This document shows positions 28,327 through 38,595 of a stretch of DNA of 57,356 bases, piece after piece. The DNA is taken from assembly GCA_934122035.1 (NCBI GenBank), contig CAKOVP010000002.1, positions 1 through 57,356 on the forward strand. The letters are read 5' to 3'. This DNA comes from an uncultured Clostridia bacterium. Its GTDB lineage: Bacteria; Bacillota; Clostridia; TANB77; CAG-508. The translations under genes and the position numbers were made by a program. Each line of letters starts with the position of its first letter. Position 1 is the stretch's first letter. The notes under the pieces were generated by a model. It worked only from the letters and a program-made list of their open reading frames with translations. It made no database searches and had not been told where the DNA came from.

Positions 28327-29301
28327 ATGGTTAGAAAAATAGAAAATTCCAATAATAAAAATATTGTAAATAATAAGAAAAATAATGCAGAGGCAGAATT
28401 ACTAGATAAAGATACATCTAGATTACCACTTACATCAGACTATGTGTTTAAAAGATTATTTGCAAGAGAAGAAAATAATTCAATGTTAAAGGACTTTTTA
28501 GAGGCGATATTAAATATACATATAAATAAAGTAGAAGTAAAAAATCCAGAGTTAACACCTAATATGGCAGACGAAAAATTAGGAATATTAGATTTAAAAC
28601 TGGACATAGATAATAAAGCAGTAGTAGATGTAGAAATGCAGGTATCAAATGAAAATAATATAAGACAAAGATCTAGCACATATTTGTCAAAGCTTGCATC
28701 AGAGCAATTAAAAGCGAAACAAAATTATAAAGAATTAAAGAAAATAATAACAATAAACATACTAAAATTTAAAATCTTAAAACGAAATTCTTATCATTCA
28801 ATAGCAAAAATGAAGTTTAATAAAACAAATGATTTAGAATTTATAGATATGGGATATAGTCCAGAGGAAGAAAATGCAACAGATACTTTTGAAATGCATT
28901 TTATAGAGTTGGAAAAGTTTAAAATGAAAAATCCAGAATGTAGCACAAAGCTAGAACAATGGCTGTGGTTAATAGAAGGAAGTAAGGAGGAAAAAATAAA
29001 AATGTCGGCAGAAGAAAATAAAGAAATAAATAAAGCAGTAGAAGAACTAGATAAAATAAGCCAAGATCCAAAAGAACGCGAAAGATACGAAGAACGAGAG
29101 TGGAGCATAATGCGTTATAATGCAGAAATGGAAACTAACAGAGAAATTGGAGAAAAAATTGGAGAAGAGTGTGGTAAAAAAACAGAAAAAATGAAAATGA
29201 TAAAAAAACTTTTCGAAAAGAATATGAAAATAGATGAAATAGCAGAAATAGTAGAACTTAATGTAGAAGAAGTAAAAAGCATACTAGAAAATAAAAAGTG
29301 A
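28327..29301 (+). CDS. Rpn-family / PD-(D/E)XK nuclease-family transposase-like protein
   Basis: GAAAGGAAG RBS precedes the ATG at 28327. Motifs are LTSDYVFKRLFAREENNSMLKDFLEAIL and LGILDLKLDIDNKAVVDVEMQV (D...E.Q core), plus a C-terminal repeated helical tail. Confidence 0.7.
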   Translation: MVRKIENSNNKNIVNNKKNNAEAELLDKDTSRLPLTSDYVFKRLFAREENNSMLKDFLEAILNIHINKVEVKNPELTPNMADEKLGILDLKLDIDNKAVVDVEMQVSNENNIRQRSSTYLSKLASEQLKAKQNYKELKKIITINILKFKILKRNSYHSIAKMKFNKTNDLEFIDMGYSPEEENATDTFEMHFIELEKFKMKNPECSTKLEQWLWLIEGSKEEKIKMSAEENKEINKAVEELDKISQDPKERERYEEREWSIMRYNAEMETNREIGEKIGEECGKKTEKMKMIKKLFEKNMKIDEIAEIVELNVEEVKSILENKK

Positions 29302-29342
29302 AAAATTACGAAAACTTTACAATAAATTATAAATAAAAATTA

Positions 29343-29379
29343 AATAATCTTGTGATGATGATGTCACAAGATTATTTTT
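29343..29379 (+). terminator. Rho-independent terminator
   Basis: AATAATCTTGTGA-tgatgatg-TCACAAGATTATT followed by a T-run. Confidence 0.75.
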
Positions 29380-29489
29380 AAAAAATATCATAAAATAATA
29401 GAAAAAAGTGGAAAAATTTCAAAAATATTGTATAATATATATGTATCAAAGAAAACAAGGTTTTAGAGTAAAAGAGAGGAATTATTTTT

Positions 29490-30014
29490 ATGTTTAATTA
29501 TGAAGTTGAAAGTAACGAATATGATAATTTAGAAGAATGTGTAAATGTTGTTTATGAGCTTGCATCTAAATATGCAATTGATGGTGTAAGAAAAGGAATT
29601 GGAGGGCCTTTTGGAGCAGGAATTATTTATAAAAAAGATAATGACAGATATGTAATTTTAGTAATAGAGAGAAATTCTGTAATAAAATCTAAAGATCCAA
29701 CTGCACACGCAGAAGTAAATGCAATTAGAAGTGCGTGTAAAGCTTTAAATACTAAGTCATTAGAAAATTGTATTTTAGTAACAACAGCTAAGAGCTGTCC
29801 AATGTGCTTATCTGCTGCTTGCTGGGCAAATATAAAAACAATTTATTATTCTCAAAGCTACAACAGTGCTGTAAATAGTGGATTTAGAGATGAACAAATT
29901 GAAGATTATATAAAAGGTGAAAACGAAATTATAGAAGAAAAAATGCTTAATAATCCTTGTTGTGAAGAACCATTTATGGAGTGGGATAGTAAAAAGGATA
30001 AAGAAGAATATTAG
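29490..30014 (+). CDS. CMP/dCMP-type zinc deaminase (nucleoside/guanine deaminase-like)
   Basis: HAEVNAIR and SCPMCLSAACW (the HAE...PCxxC zinc site). Confidence 0.75.
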   Translation: MFNYEVESNEYDNLEECVNVVYELASKYAIDGVRKGIGGPFGAGIIYKKDNDRYVILVIERNSVIKSKDPTAHAEVNAIRSACKALNTKSLENCILVTTAKSCPMCLSAACWANIKTIYYSQSYNSAVNSGFRDEQIEDYIKGENEIIEEKMLNNPCCEEPFMEWDSKKDKEEY

Positions 30015-30086
30015 TTTTTTGGAAAATAATTATAATTTTGACTTTGTCACAGGGCACAAAAAATAAAAAAAGATTGAAAAGGAATT

Positions 30087-30191
30087 AAATTTTGGCAAGG
30101 AAAATGAGTTTCAAAGGCAAGGACGCATACTATGTAGTATGTAACTGCGTTTGAAACGATATTTGACGTAGCCCAAATTGTAATTATTTTT
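30087..30191 (+). ncRNA. Conserved structured intergenic element, copy A (unassigned family)
   Basis: About 85% identical to 35638-35739. The outer stem is ATTTTGGC/GCCCAAAT and the inner stems are TTTCAAA/TTTGAAA and CATACT/AGTATG. It has two GGCAAGG motifs and ends in a T-run just before the RBS of the MscS gene. Confidence 0.45.
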
Positions 30192-30210
30192 CAATAGGAG
30201 GATAAAATAT

Positions 30211-31329
30211 ATGGATAACATAAACAATCTAATAGCCAATATAAAACAAATAAAAGCAGAGAATTTAATAGATATTGCTATTGCTTTAATAGTTGTGATT
30301 TTGTTTTTTATGGTAAGTAATGCTGTAAGTTATTGTATTATAAAAATATTTAAAATAAAGAGTAAAAATAAGAACGAAATAAAAGGTAATGCTTTTTATA
30401 AACCAATTAGAAATATAATTAGAGTAACAGGAATTTATGTGGGATTAATGCTTGCAAAGGTGCCAGTTACATATCAAATAGGAATTGTTAAATTATATAA
30501 AGTTGCAATTATAATTTTTGCGGCAAATGGTTTTGCAAATATTTTTAATCCAAAGAATTCAATTTATACAAAAATTCAGGAAAAAACAGGAAGAAAAGCT
30601 AATAAACAAGTTGAAAGTTATGTAAGTAAAATAATAAAAGCACTTATTTATGTGATTGCAGGATATGCTGTAATGCTAGAGCTAGGCTATAATTTAGGAG
30701 GCCTAGTTACAGGTCTTGGAATTTCTAGTGTTGTAATAGCCTTTGCTGCACAAGATTTAGCAAAAAATATATTTGGTGGATTAGCAATTTTAATAGATAA
30801 ACCATTCAAAATAGGTGACTGGGTAGAGATTGGAGAATTTTCTGGAACGGTTACAGATATAAGTTTTAGAAGTACAAAATTAAAGGCAATAGACAATACT
30901 TGCATAACAATGCAAAATTCTACAATCGCAGAAAGTTCAATAAAAAATTGGGGAAACATAGATAAAAGAAGATACAACATAGTATTAAACATTCCATTAG
31001 AAACTTCTAAACAAACAATAGAAAAGCTACTTAAAAAAATAAGATTTATGTTAAAGACAAACAAGAATGTTATAGAAGATTCTCTTCAAGTTCATTTTAA
31101 AGAAATACAAGAAGAAGGAATAAAAATAGAAATTTATCTAAATACTCCAATAACAGACCTTACTAAATACGAAGATTTTAGAGATGAAATTAATTTGGAA
31201 CTAATAAAAATATTAGAATCAGAGAATGTTAAACTTGCTTATCCAGGACAAAATATTTATATAAATACTATAAATACAGATGAAAACACAAAAAAAGACA
31301 TAAAGGACATAGTTAAGACACAAAAATAG
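30211..31329 (+). CDS. MscS-family mechanosensitive ion channel
   Basis: TM helices, then GLGISSVVIAFAAQDLAKNIFGGLAILIDKPFKIGDWVEI (the MscS signature). Confidence 0.85.
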   Translation: MDNINNLIANIKQIKAENLIDIAIALIVVILFFMVSNAVSYCIIKIFKIKSKNKNEIKGNAFYKPIRNIIRVTGIYVGLMLAKVPVTYQIGIVKLYKVAIIIFAANGFANIFNPKNSIYTKIQEKTGRKANKQVESYVSKIIKALIYVIAGYAVMLELGYNLGGLVTGLGISSVVIAFAAQDLAKNIFGGLAILIDKPFKIGDWVEIGEFSGTVTDISFRSTKLKAIDNTCITMQNSTIAESSIKNWGNIDKRRYNIVLNIPLETSKQTIEKLLKKIRFMLKTNKNVIEDSLQVHFKEIQEEGIKIEIYLNTPITDLTKYEDFRDEINLELIKILESENVKLAYPGQNIYINTINTDENTKKDIKDIVKTQK

Positions 31330-31468
31330 TTTATTATGGTATAGAAAAATTAGAGGTATATTATAAACAAATTTTAAATGAAAGAGCTTGTAATTTGCAA
31401 TTTAAAAAATATACAAGTTTGGACTAATATAAAATTTTATAAATGTGCCTCAAGGAAGGATTACAATA

Positions 31469-32146
31469 ATGGATAAAGAAAGCATCTTAATAGTTGATGA
31501 TGAAGAAAGAATGAGAAAATTAATAAAGGATTTTTTAAAGCAAAAAAACTTTAATACAATGGAAGCTGGAGATGGAGAAGAAGCCTTAAAAATATTCGAA
31601 GAAAATCAAAATAATATAAAACTTATATTATTAGATGTAATGATGCCAAAACTAGATGGCTGGTCTGTTTTAAGACAAATAAGACAGACTTCTAAAGTCC
31701 CTGTAATAATGCTTACAGCAAGAAGTGAAGAGCAAGACGAATTATTTGGGTTTGAACTTGGGGTAGATGAATATATATCTAAACCATTTAGTCCTAAAAT
31801 ATTAGTTGCAAGAGTAGAGGCACTATTAAAAAGGGTATCTGGCGATACTAAAGAAACCAAAGACATTGGTGGAATAAAAATAGATTCTCAAGGAAGAACT
31901 GTTACAGTAGACAACAAGCCAATAGAACTAAGCCTAAGAGAATATGAACTTTTAGTGTACTTGGTGGAAAATCAAGGAATTGCATTATCTAGAGATAAAA
32001 TACTAAATAATGTATGGAACTACGACTATTATGGAGATTCAAGAACAATAGATAGCCATATAAAGAAAATAAGACACAAATTAGGAAAAAAAGGAAAATA
32101 CATAGAAACAATAAGAGGAATAGGATATAAATTTGAGGTTAAATAA
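31469..32146 (+). CDS. OmpR-family response regulator
   Basis: ILIVDDEE, LILLDVMMPKLDG and a winged-helix C-terminus, TIRGIGYKF. Confidence 0.9.
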   Translation: MDKESILIVDDEERMRKLIKDFLKQKNFNTMEAGDGEEALKIFEENQNNIKLILLDVMMPKLDGWSVLRQIRQTSKVPVIMLTARSEEQDELFGFELGVDEYISKPFSPKILVARVEALLKRVSGDTKETKDIGGIKIDSQGRTVTVDNKPIELSLREYELLVYLVENQGIALSRDKILNNVWNYDYYGDSRTIDSHIKKIRHKLGKKGKYIETIRGIGYKFEVK

Positions 32147-32221
32147 GAGCTGAAAAGTAGCTTTTAGCTTTTTTAGTAAAGGCAAAATTATTATTTAACC
32201 AGATTTTGCATTAAAGGAGAA

Positions 32222-33742
32222 ATGCGATTTGAAATGAAAAAAATAAACGAAAAATTAAAATCTGTAAGAGTTAAACTATTCTTAACAGTAAGTGTTGTAA
32301 TTATATGTACTATAGCTCTTTTAGTTGTTGTAAATAGTATTGTGTTAGAAGGCTTTTATACATATAGCAAAATAGCTAAAGTAAAACAAGAATTTTACAA
32401 AATAAATGATTTATATAATGGTGATGATTCGTCTGTTCTTACAAAAATAAAAAGAGATGCAATGCTTAACAATTTCGACATATTAATAGAAAGCGAAGAT
32501 TACATATTAATATTTTCTACAAATGAAAGTTTTACAAATGCAATAGGCAAAAATTCGGAAATTGTATCTCATTTTAAAATAGACAGTAATGAAAGACAAT
32601 TTGTAATTTATAGCAAAGATAATTTAGTTATAAAGAAAATTACATCAAATGGACTTAATTGTATTCTGTTATCTGGTGAGCTAGATAATGGATATAAAGC
32701 ATACATTCAAATAACGATTTCTAGTATAGAAGAAAGTGTTAGAATTTCTAATAATTTACTATTAATAATAGGCTTTATAGCAGTAATAATAGCAGGAATT
32801 GCAGCATCTTTTGTATCTAGAAAATTTACGAGTCAAATACTAGAGTTAAATGTAATTGCAAACAAAATGTCTAAGCTAGATTTTAGTCAAAAGTACAAGC
32901 CTTCACAAACAGATGACGAAATAAACGAGCTGGGAATTAGCATAAATTTAATGTCGGAAAAGCTAGAAGGAACAATAAAACAATTAAGAAGTAGTAATAA
33001 TCAGCTAGAAAGAGATATAGAAGAAAAATCTAAAATAGACGAAATGAGAAAACAATTTATATCTGATGTTTCTCATGAGTTAAAAACTCCAATTGCACTA
33101 ATTCAAGGATATGCAGAAGGTCTAGTTGAAAATGTAAATACAGATGCAGAGTCTAAAAAATATTATTCAGAAGTAATACTAGACGAAGCAAACAAAATGG
33201 ATAGACTAGTAAGACAGTTATTAGAGCTAATGAAACTAGAATATGGCAAACGAGAATTTAATAATCAAGAATTTAACATATGTGAGCTTATAAACGAAGT
33301 AATTAGAAAATGTGATGTAATGTTAAAAGAAAAGGGCATAAATGATGTTAGATTTGCAAACAATAATGAAATAAAAGTTTTTGCAGATGACTTCTACATA
33401 GATCAAGCATTTACAAACTATTTTACTAATGCAATAAAAAATGCAAAAGAAATAAATGGAGAAAAATACATCGAAATAAAAACAAAAATAAACAAAGAAA
33501 AGAATAATGTAAGAATATCTGTATTTAATACAGGAGAAAATATCTCGGAAGAAAATATGGATAGAATTTGGGGAAGATTTTACAAAGTTGATGAATCTAG
33601 AAATAGAGCAGATGGTGGAAGTGGAATTGGATTATCTCTTGTAAAAGCTATTATGAACAATTACAATTCTAAATATGGAGTAAAAAATAAAGAAAATGGA
33701 GTAGAATTTTACTTCGAAATTGGACTAGCAAAAGAAAATTAA
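32222..33742 (+). CDS. Sensor histidine kinase (HAMP + HisKA + HATPase_c)
   Basis: FISDVSHELKTPIA (H-box), the N-box NAIKNA, and the G-boxes GSGIGLSLV. Confidence 0.9.
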   Translation: MRFEMKKINEKLKSVRVKLFLTVSVVIICTIALLVVVNSIVLEGFYTYSKIAKVKQEFYKINDLYNGDDSSVLTKIKRDAMLNNFDILIESEDYILIFSTNESFTNAIGKNSEIVSHFKIDSNERQFVIYSKDNLVIKKITSNGLNCILLSGELDNGYKAYIQITISSIEESVRISNNLLLIIGFIAVIIAGIAASFVSRKFTSQILELNVIANKMSKLDFSQKYKPSQTDDEINELGISINLMSEKLEGTIKQLRSSNNQLERDIEEKSKIDEMRKQFISDVSHELKTPIALIQGYAEGLVENVNTDAESKKYYSEVILDEANKMDRLVRQLLELMKLEYGKREFNNQEFNICELINEVIRKCDVMLKEKGINDVRFANNNEIKVFADDFYIDQAFTNYFTNAIKNAKEINGEKYIEIKTKINKEKNNVRISVFNTGENISEENMDRIWGRFYKVDESRNRADGGSGIGLSLVKAIMNNYNSKYGVKNKENGVEFYFEIGLAKEN

Positions 33743-33783
33743 ATTATAATTATTTTCAATCAAAGGAAGGAAGAAAGTAAAAG

Positions 33784-35595
33784 ATGGGAAAAAACAACTA
33801 TCAAAGAAACGATGATTTAAGAAAAACACTAAAATATAATCCGGATAAAAGAAAGAAGACCAAAAACAATTCTGGACTATTAAAAATAATTGTACTAATT
33901 GCAATAATTGTTGCGATTAGTATTGCCGTTGTAAACAACATAAATAATGGCAAAAAAATATCTCAAGAAGATGTAAAAGAATATAATTATTTTATAACAA
34001 CAATAAATGGAAAATCTGGTGTAATAGATAAAACAGGCAAAATTATAATAAATCCAGAATATGATTACATTCAAATTCCAAACCCATCTAAACCTATATT
34101 TATAGCATTATTTGACTATAACAAAGATACACAAGAATATAATTCTAAGGTATTAAACGAAAAAGGAAAAGAAATATTAACAAGTTATAAAAATGTACAG
34201 GCAATTCCAAACAATAACACATCTAGCACGAATTCATATTTAACATCAATTTTAAAATACAAACAAGATGATAAATATGGAATAATAACAATAGACGGAA
34301 AAACAGTAACAAAGCCAGTATACGAGAGTATAGAAGTGTTAGAATATAAAGACGAAGTTCTTAAAGTAAAACAAAACGACAAATTTGGTTTAATAAATAT
34401 AAATGGAGACGTAATTATAAAACCAGAATATAATTCAATAGCAACAGATAGCTATTATAATCAGTCATCAAAATACCAAAAGGCTGGATACATTGTAAAT
34501 GTTGTAACAGAGCAAGGCTATAGATATGGCTATATAAATAGCCAAGGAAAACAAGTACTAGATACAATGTTTACAAATGTAAAGAGAATTACAGAAGTAA
34601 AAGATGATAATAACACATACTTAATAACATACAAAAATGGACAAGCAGGTATTCTAAAAAATGGTCAAACTGTAATAGAAAATGAATACGAAGACATAAG
34701 TTATGATGTTACAAATAACGTATTAGTATTGCAAAAAAATGCAAAACAAGGTGTATACGACTTAGCTGGCAATATGATACTTCCAATTCAATATGATAAC
34801 ATTGAAATTTTGGGAACACTTATAAATGCAACAAAAGACGGAAAGCTAATGGTATTTAACGTTTCTGGTACTGTTCAAGACGAAAACAGCTTAAAGGCGA
34901 TGTACCCAGAAAATAATTACTATATTACTGTAGATAGAAATGGTAAATATGGAGTAGCAGACCAAAACAAAAATTCAATAATTAACAATGAATACAATTA
35001 TATAGAATATGCTTTTGATAAATATTTTATTGCAACCAAAAATGAAAAAATAGGCGTAATAGACGAAACAGGGAACATTGTAATACCAATAGAAAACAGC
35101 ATAGTACAAAATATAAATGGCACAAAAATAATTCAAATAATAAATTCAGAAACAAATGTATCTGATATATATAATAGCAAAATGGAAAAAGTGTTATCTC
35201 AATCAGACTCAAGGATATATTTAAAAGAAAATTATATTAAACTTGTATCTGCAGATGACATTAAATATATAGATTATGACGGAAATCTAAAAGATGCACA
35301 GGAAATATTTACAAACAATACCGTGTTTGCTAAAAAAGAAAATGGCAAATGGGGATATGTAGATAGAAGCGGAAACACAGTAGTAGACTACAAATACGAA
35401 TTTGCAACAAATATTAATGAATACGGATATGGAGCAGTAAAACAAAACGGTAAATGGGGTGTTGTAAATGCTCAAGGTCAGCTTATAAAAGAGGCCGTAT
35501 ATACACTAGATGATATAGAACCATACTTTATTGGTGAATATTATCAAGTAAGTAATATTTATGAAATTCCATATTATTCTAATGAAGTTAAGTAG
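33784..35595 (+). CDS. Membrane-anchored WG-repeat (KWG) protein
   Basis: N-terminal TM segment, then more than 10 degenerate repeats of the type GK[WY]G[VL]ID..G..[IV]I.P.YD.I. Confidence 0.7.
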   Translation: MGKNNYQRNDDLRKTLKYNPDKRKKTKNNSGLLKIIVLIAIIVAISIAVVNNINNGKKISQEDVKEYNYFITTINGKSGVIDKTGKIIINPEYDYIQIPNPSKPIFIALFDYNKDTQEYNSKVLNEKGKEILTSYKNVQAIPNNNTSSTNSYLTSILKYKQDDKYGIITIDGKTVTKPVYESIEVLEYKDEVLKVKQNDKFGLININGDVIIKPEYNSIATDSYYNQSSKYQKAGYIVNVVTEQGYRYGYINSQGKQVLDTMFTNVKRITEVKDDNNTYLITYKNGQAGILKNGQTVIENEYEDISYDVTNNVLVLQKNAKQGVYDLAGNMILPIQYDNIEILGTLINATKDGKLMVFNVSGTVQDENSLKAMYPENNYYITVDRNGKYGVADQNKNSIINNEYNYIEYAFDKYFIATKNEKIGVIDETGNIVIPIENSIVQNINGTKIIQIINSETNVSDIYNSKMEKVLSQSDSRIYLKENYIKLVSADDIKYIDYDGNLKDAQEIFTNNTVFAKKENGKWGYVDRSGNTVVDYKYEFATNINEYGYGAVKQNGKWGVVNAQGQLIKEAVYTLDDIEPYFIGEYYQVSNIYEIPYYSNEVK

Positions 35596-35637
35596 TAGAT
35601 AGTGGTAAATGTAAAAAATAAAGTTGAAAAATAATTG

Positions 35638-35739
35638 GATTTTGGCAAGGAAAATGAGTTTTAAAGGCAAGGCGCATACAATGTGATATGTAACTGTGTT
35701 TTAAATGAAATTTAACATTGCCAAAATTGTAATTATTTT
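35638..35739 (+). ncRNA. Conserved structured intergenic element, copy B
   Basis: The outer stem TTTTGGCAA/TTGCCAAAA is perfect (9 bp). The inner-stem change TTTCAAA to TTTTAAA is compensated. A T-run follows. Confidence 0.45.
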
Positions 35740-35802
35740 CTAATAGGGGAGTAAATTAATATAAAAATAAGTTAAATTAACTAGATTAAAAGGAGAAAAA
35801 AA

Positions 35803-37026
35803 GTGGAAATAAGAGAATTAATAGAAGAAGAAGAAAAAAAAGTTCAAGAACAATTTAAGAAAGCAGATAAAATTTGTGAATTTAATTCGAGAAAAGTATT
35901 AGATGCTTTTAGGCAAAATAATGTTCAAGAAACAGACTTTGGAACAACAACTGGATATGGTTATGCAGACATTGGAAGAGAAAAAATAGAAAAGGTATTT
36001 TCTCAGGTATTACACGCAGAAGATTGCATTGTAAGGTCTCAGTTTATATCTGGCACACATGCTTTAACAGTTGCATTATTTGCATTTTTAAGACCAGGCG
36101 ACACAATGCTTAGCATAAATGGCAAACCATACGATACACTAGACGAAGTAATTGGAATTGCAGAAAATAAAAGCTCTTTAAAATCATTTGGAGTAAAATA
36201 TGAACAAATAGAATTAGTAAATGATGACTTTGACTATGAAAAAATACAAGAAAGATTAAAACAGTCTAAAATAAAATTAATAGAAATACAAAGATCTAAA
36301 GGCTATGCAATAAGAAAAAGCTTATCATTAGAAAAAGTGGAAAAAGTAATTAAAAAAATAAGAGAAATAGACCAAGATGTTATAATAATGGTAGATAACT
36401 GCTATTGTGAATTTGTAAATACCAAAGAACCACTTGAAGTTGGTGCAGATGTAATTGTAGGTTCACTTATAAAAAACCTTGGAGGTGGAATTGCTCCAAA
36501 TGGTGCATATATAGCAGGTAAAAAAGAACTAGTTGAGCTTGCAGCAGAAAGACTAACGGTTCCAGGAGAAGGAAAAGGTGTTGGGCCAACACTTGGAATA
36601 AATAGACAACTATTATTGGGCTTATTTGAGGCTCCATCTGTTGTAAATGCAAGTGTAAAAACTGCAATACTAACAAGCAAAGTGCTAGAAACATTAGGAT
36701 ACAAAGTAGAACCAAAATTTGATGATGAAAGAGCAGACATAGTTCAAACAATAGAATTTGGAAATGCAGAAAAATTAATAAAATACTGCCAAGGAGTGCA
36801 AAAAGGTTCTCCAATAGACTCAAATTCTTTACCAGAGCCTTGTGAAACACCAGGATACTTAGATCCAATAATAATGGCTTCTGGAAGCTTTACACAAGGT
36901 TCATCAATAGAATTTTCTTGTGATGGACCATTAAGACCACCATTTGTAGGCTTCCAACAAGGTTCACTTACATATGCATATGGAAAATTAGGACTAGAAA
37001 AAGCAGTAGAAGAACTACTTAAATAA
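35803..37026 (+). CDS. Aluminium-resistance / YnbB-type methionine-gamma-lyase-family PLP enzyme
   Basis: FGTTTGYGYADIGREKIEKVF, VSGTHALTVALFAFLRPGD, GKPYDTLDEVIG, SLIKNLGGGIAP. Confidence 0.7.
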   Translation: MEIRELIEEEEKKVQEQFKKADKICEFNSRKVLDAFRQNNVQETDFGTTTGYGYADIGREKIEKVFSQVLHAEDCIVRSQFISGTHALTVALFAFLRPGDTMLSINGKPYDTLDEVIGIAENKSSLKSFGVKYEQIELVNDDFDYEKIQERLKQSKIKLIEIQRSKGYAIRKSLSLEKVEKVIKKIREIDQDVIIMVDNCYCEFVNTKEPLEVGADVIVGSLIKNLGGGIAPNGAYIAGKKELVELAAERLTVPGEGKGVGPTLGINRQLLLGLFEAPSVVNASVKTAILTSKVLETLGYKVEPKFDDERADIVQTIEFGNAEKLIKYCQGVQKGSPIDSNSLPEPCETPGYLDPIIMASGSFTQGSSIEFSCDGPLRPPFVGFQQGSLTYAYGKLGLEKAVEELLK

Positions 37027-37181
37027 GTTAATAAATACTGCTCTAATTTATAAAAATGAATATGAAGCTGTTAGGAATGGCACTAATTTAAAATAAAGAG
37101 ATTATTAGCTGAACTATATATTATGCCATAAAAATTTTAGTAGATGCTAAATACATATTTTTAGAAAGAGGAATAATAGTA

Positions 37182-38462
37182 ATGAAAGTAATTGTAATTG
37201 GTGGAGGCCCTGCTGGAATAATTGCAGCAATAAAAGCAGCAAAAGAAAAAAATGATGTAACAATAATAGAAAAAAATCCTTCACTTGGAAAAAAACTTTT
37301 AATAACAGGAAAAGGAAGATGCAACATAACAAGTAGCTTAGAAATGAGTGAATTTATAAAAAATATACCAGGAAACGGCAAATTTTTATATAGTGCATTT
37401 CAAAACTTTACAAATCAAGACATAATAGAACTACTAAAAAAGCAAGGAGTTGCAGTAAAAGAAGAAAGAGGAAATAGAATATTTCCAACCTCAGATAAAT
37501 CTTTAGATGTATTAAGAGCTTTAGAAAGAGAGCTAAAAGAAAATAAAATAAAGATAAAATTAAATTGTGCAGCGGAAAAAATAAATACACAAAAAAGTGC
37601 AGAAGATACAATGGTAACATCTGTAACTTACATAGATGAACATAGCAAATATAAAACAGAACTTGCAGACAAAATAATTCTTGCAACAGGCGGAAAATCA
37701 TATCCACTTACAGGCTCAACAGGAGATGGCTATAAAATTGCAGAAAAATTAGGACACACAATAAAACCTGTAAAACCATCTTTAGTGCCATTAACTGCAA
37801 GAGGAGAATCATTGCAAATGTGCAAAAATATGCAAGGACTAAGTCTGAAAAATGTAGGAATAGAGCTAGAAGACGAAGAAAAGAAAAAGATAATATACAA
37901 AGACTTTGGAGAAATGCTATTTACACATTTTGGAGTATCTGGGCCAACAATATTAAGCTCTTCTGCACATCTACTTCGCTACAAAAACATAGATGAACTA
38001 ATAAAACAAAATAAAATAAAACTAAAAATAGACTTAAAACCAGCATTAAGTAAAGAAAAACTAGATCAAAGAATACAAAGAGACTTTGAAGAAGAAAAAA
38101 ATAAAGAATTTAAAAATAGTCTAAATGCACTACTTCCACAAAAAATGATAGACACAGTAATAGAACTTACACAAATAGATAGGGAAAAGAAAGTAAATCA
38201 AATTACAAAAGAAGAAAGACAAAAACTTGTAGAAGTTTTAAAAAACTTTACAATTACAATATCTGGCTTTAGACCAATAGACGAAGCAATAGTAACATCT
38301 GGCGGAATAAATACAAAGGAAATAAATCCAAAAACAATGGAATCAAAACTAATAAAAGGATTATATTTTGCAGGAGAAATAATAGATGTAGATGCATACA
38401 CAGGAGGATTTAATTTGCAAATTGCATATTCTACAGGATACACAGCAGGAACAAACAATTAA
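37182..38462 (+). CDS. HI0933/BaiN-like NAD(P)/FAD-dependent oxidoreductase
   Basis: VIVIGGGPAGIIAA, ITGKGRCNIT, VTSGGINTKEINPKTMESK, GLYFAGEIIDVDAYTGGFNLQ. Confidence 0.8.
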   Translation: MKVIVIGGGPAGIIAAIKAAKEKNDVTIIEKNPSLGKKLLITGKGRCNITSSLEMSEFIKNIPGNGKFLYSAFQNFTNQDIIELLKKQGVAVKEERGNRIFPTSDKSLDVLRALERELKENKIKIKLNCAAEKINTQKSAEDTMVTSVTYIDEHSKYKTELADKIILATGGKSYPLTGSTGDGYKIAEKLGHTIKPVKPSLVPLTARGESLQMCKNMQGLSLKNVGIELEDEEKKKIIYKDFGEMLFTHFGVSGPTILSSSAHLLRYKNIDELIKQNKIKLKIDLKPALSKEKLDQRIQRDFEEEKNKEFKNSLNALLPQKMIDTVIELTQIDREKKVNQITKEERQKLVEVLKNFTITISGFRPIDEAIVTSGGINTKEINPKTMESKLIKGLYFAGEIIDVDAYTGGFNLQIAYSTGYTAGTNN

Positions 38463-38595
38463 ATAAAAAGCTGAATACTTGAAGATATACTAAATAATAA
38501 TTAATCAAGAAATAAAATTATAAAAAAATTTTGTATAATTTTTACTTAAGCATAAAATAAGTAATCCTAAAGTCTAAATAAGGAAAGAGATAAAA

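Noticed and set aside
21446-29301. DGR reverse transcriptase, Avd or template repeat inside the accessory island
   Set aside because: No ORF here has RT motifs, and no second copy of the VR-like ~120-nt segment is present. The intergenic stretches are AT-rich without the invariant TTCGCT...CCAGCAGG cores. The DGR call therefore rests on the VR pattern only.
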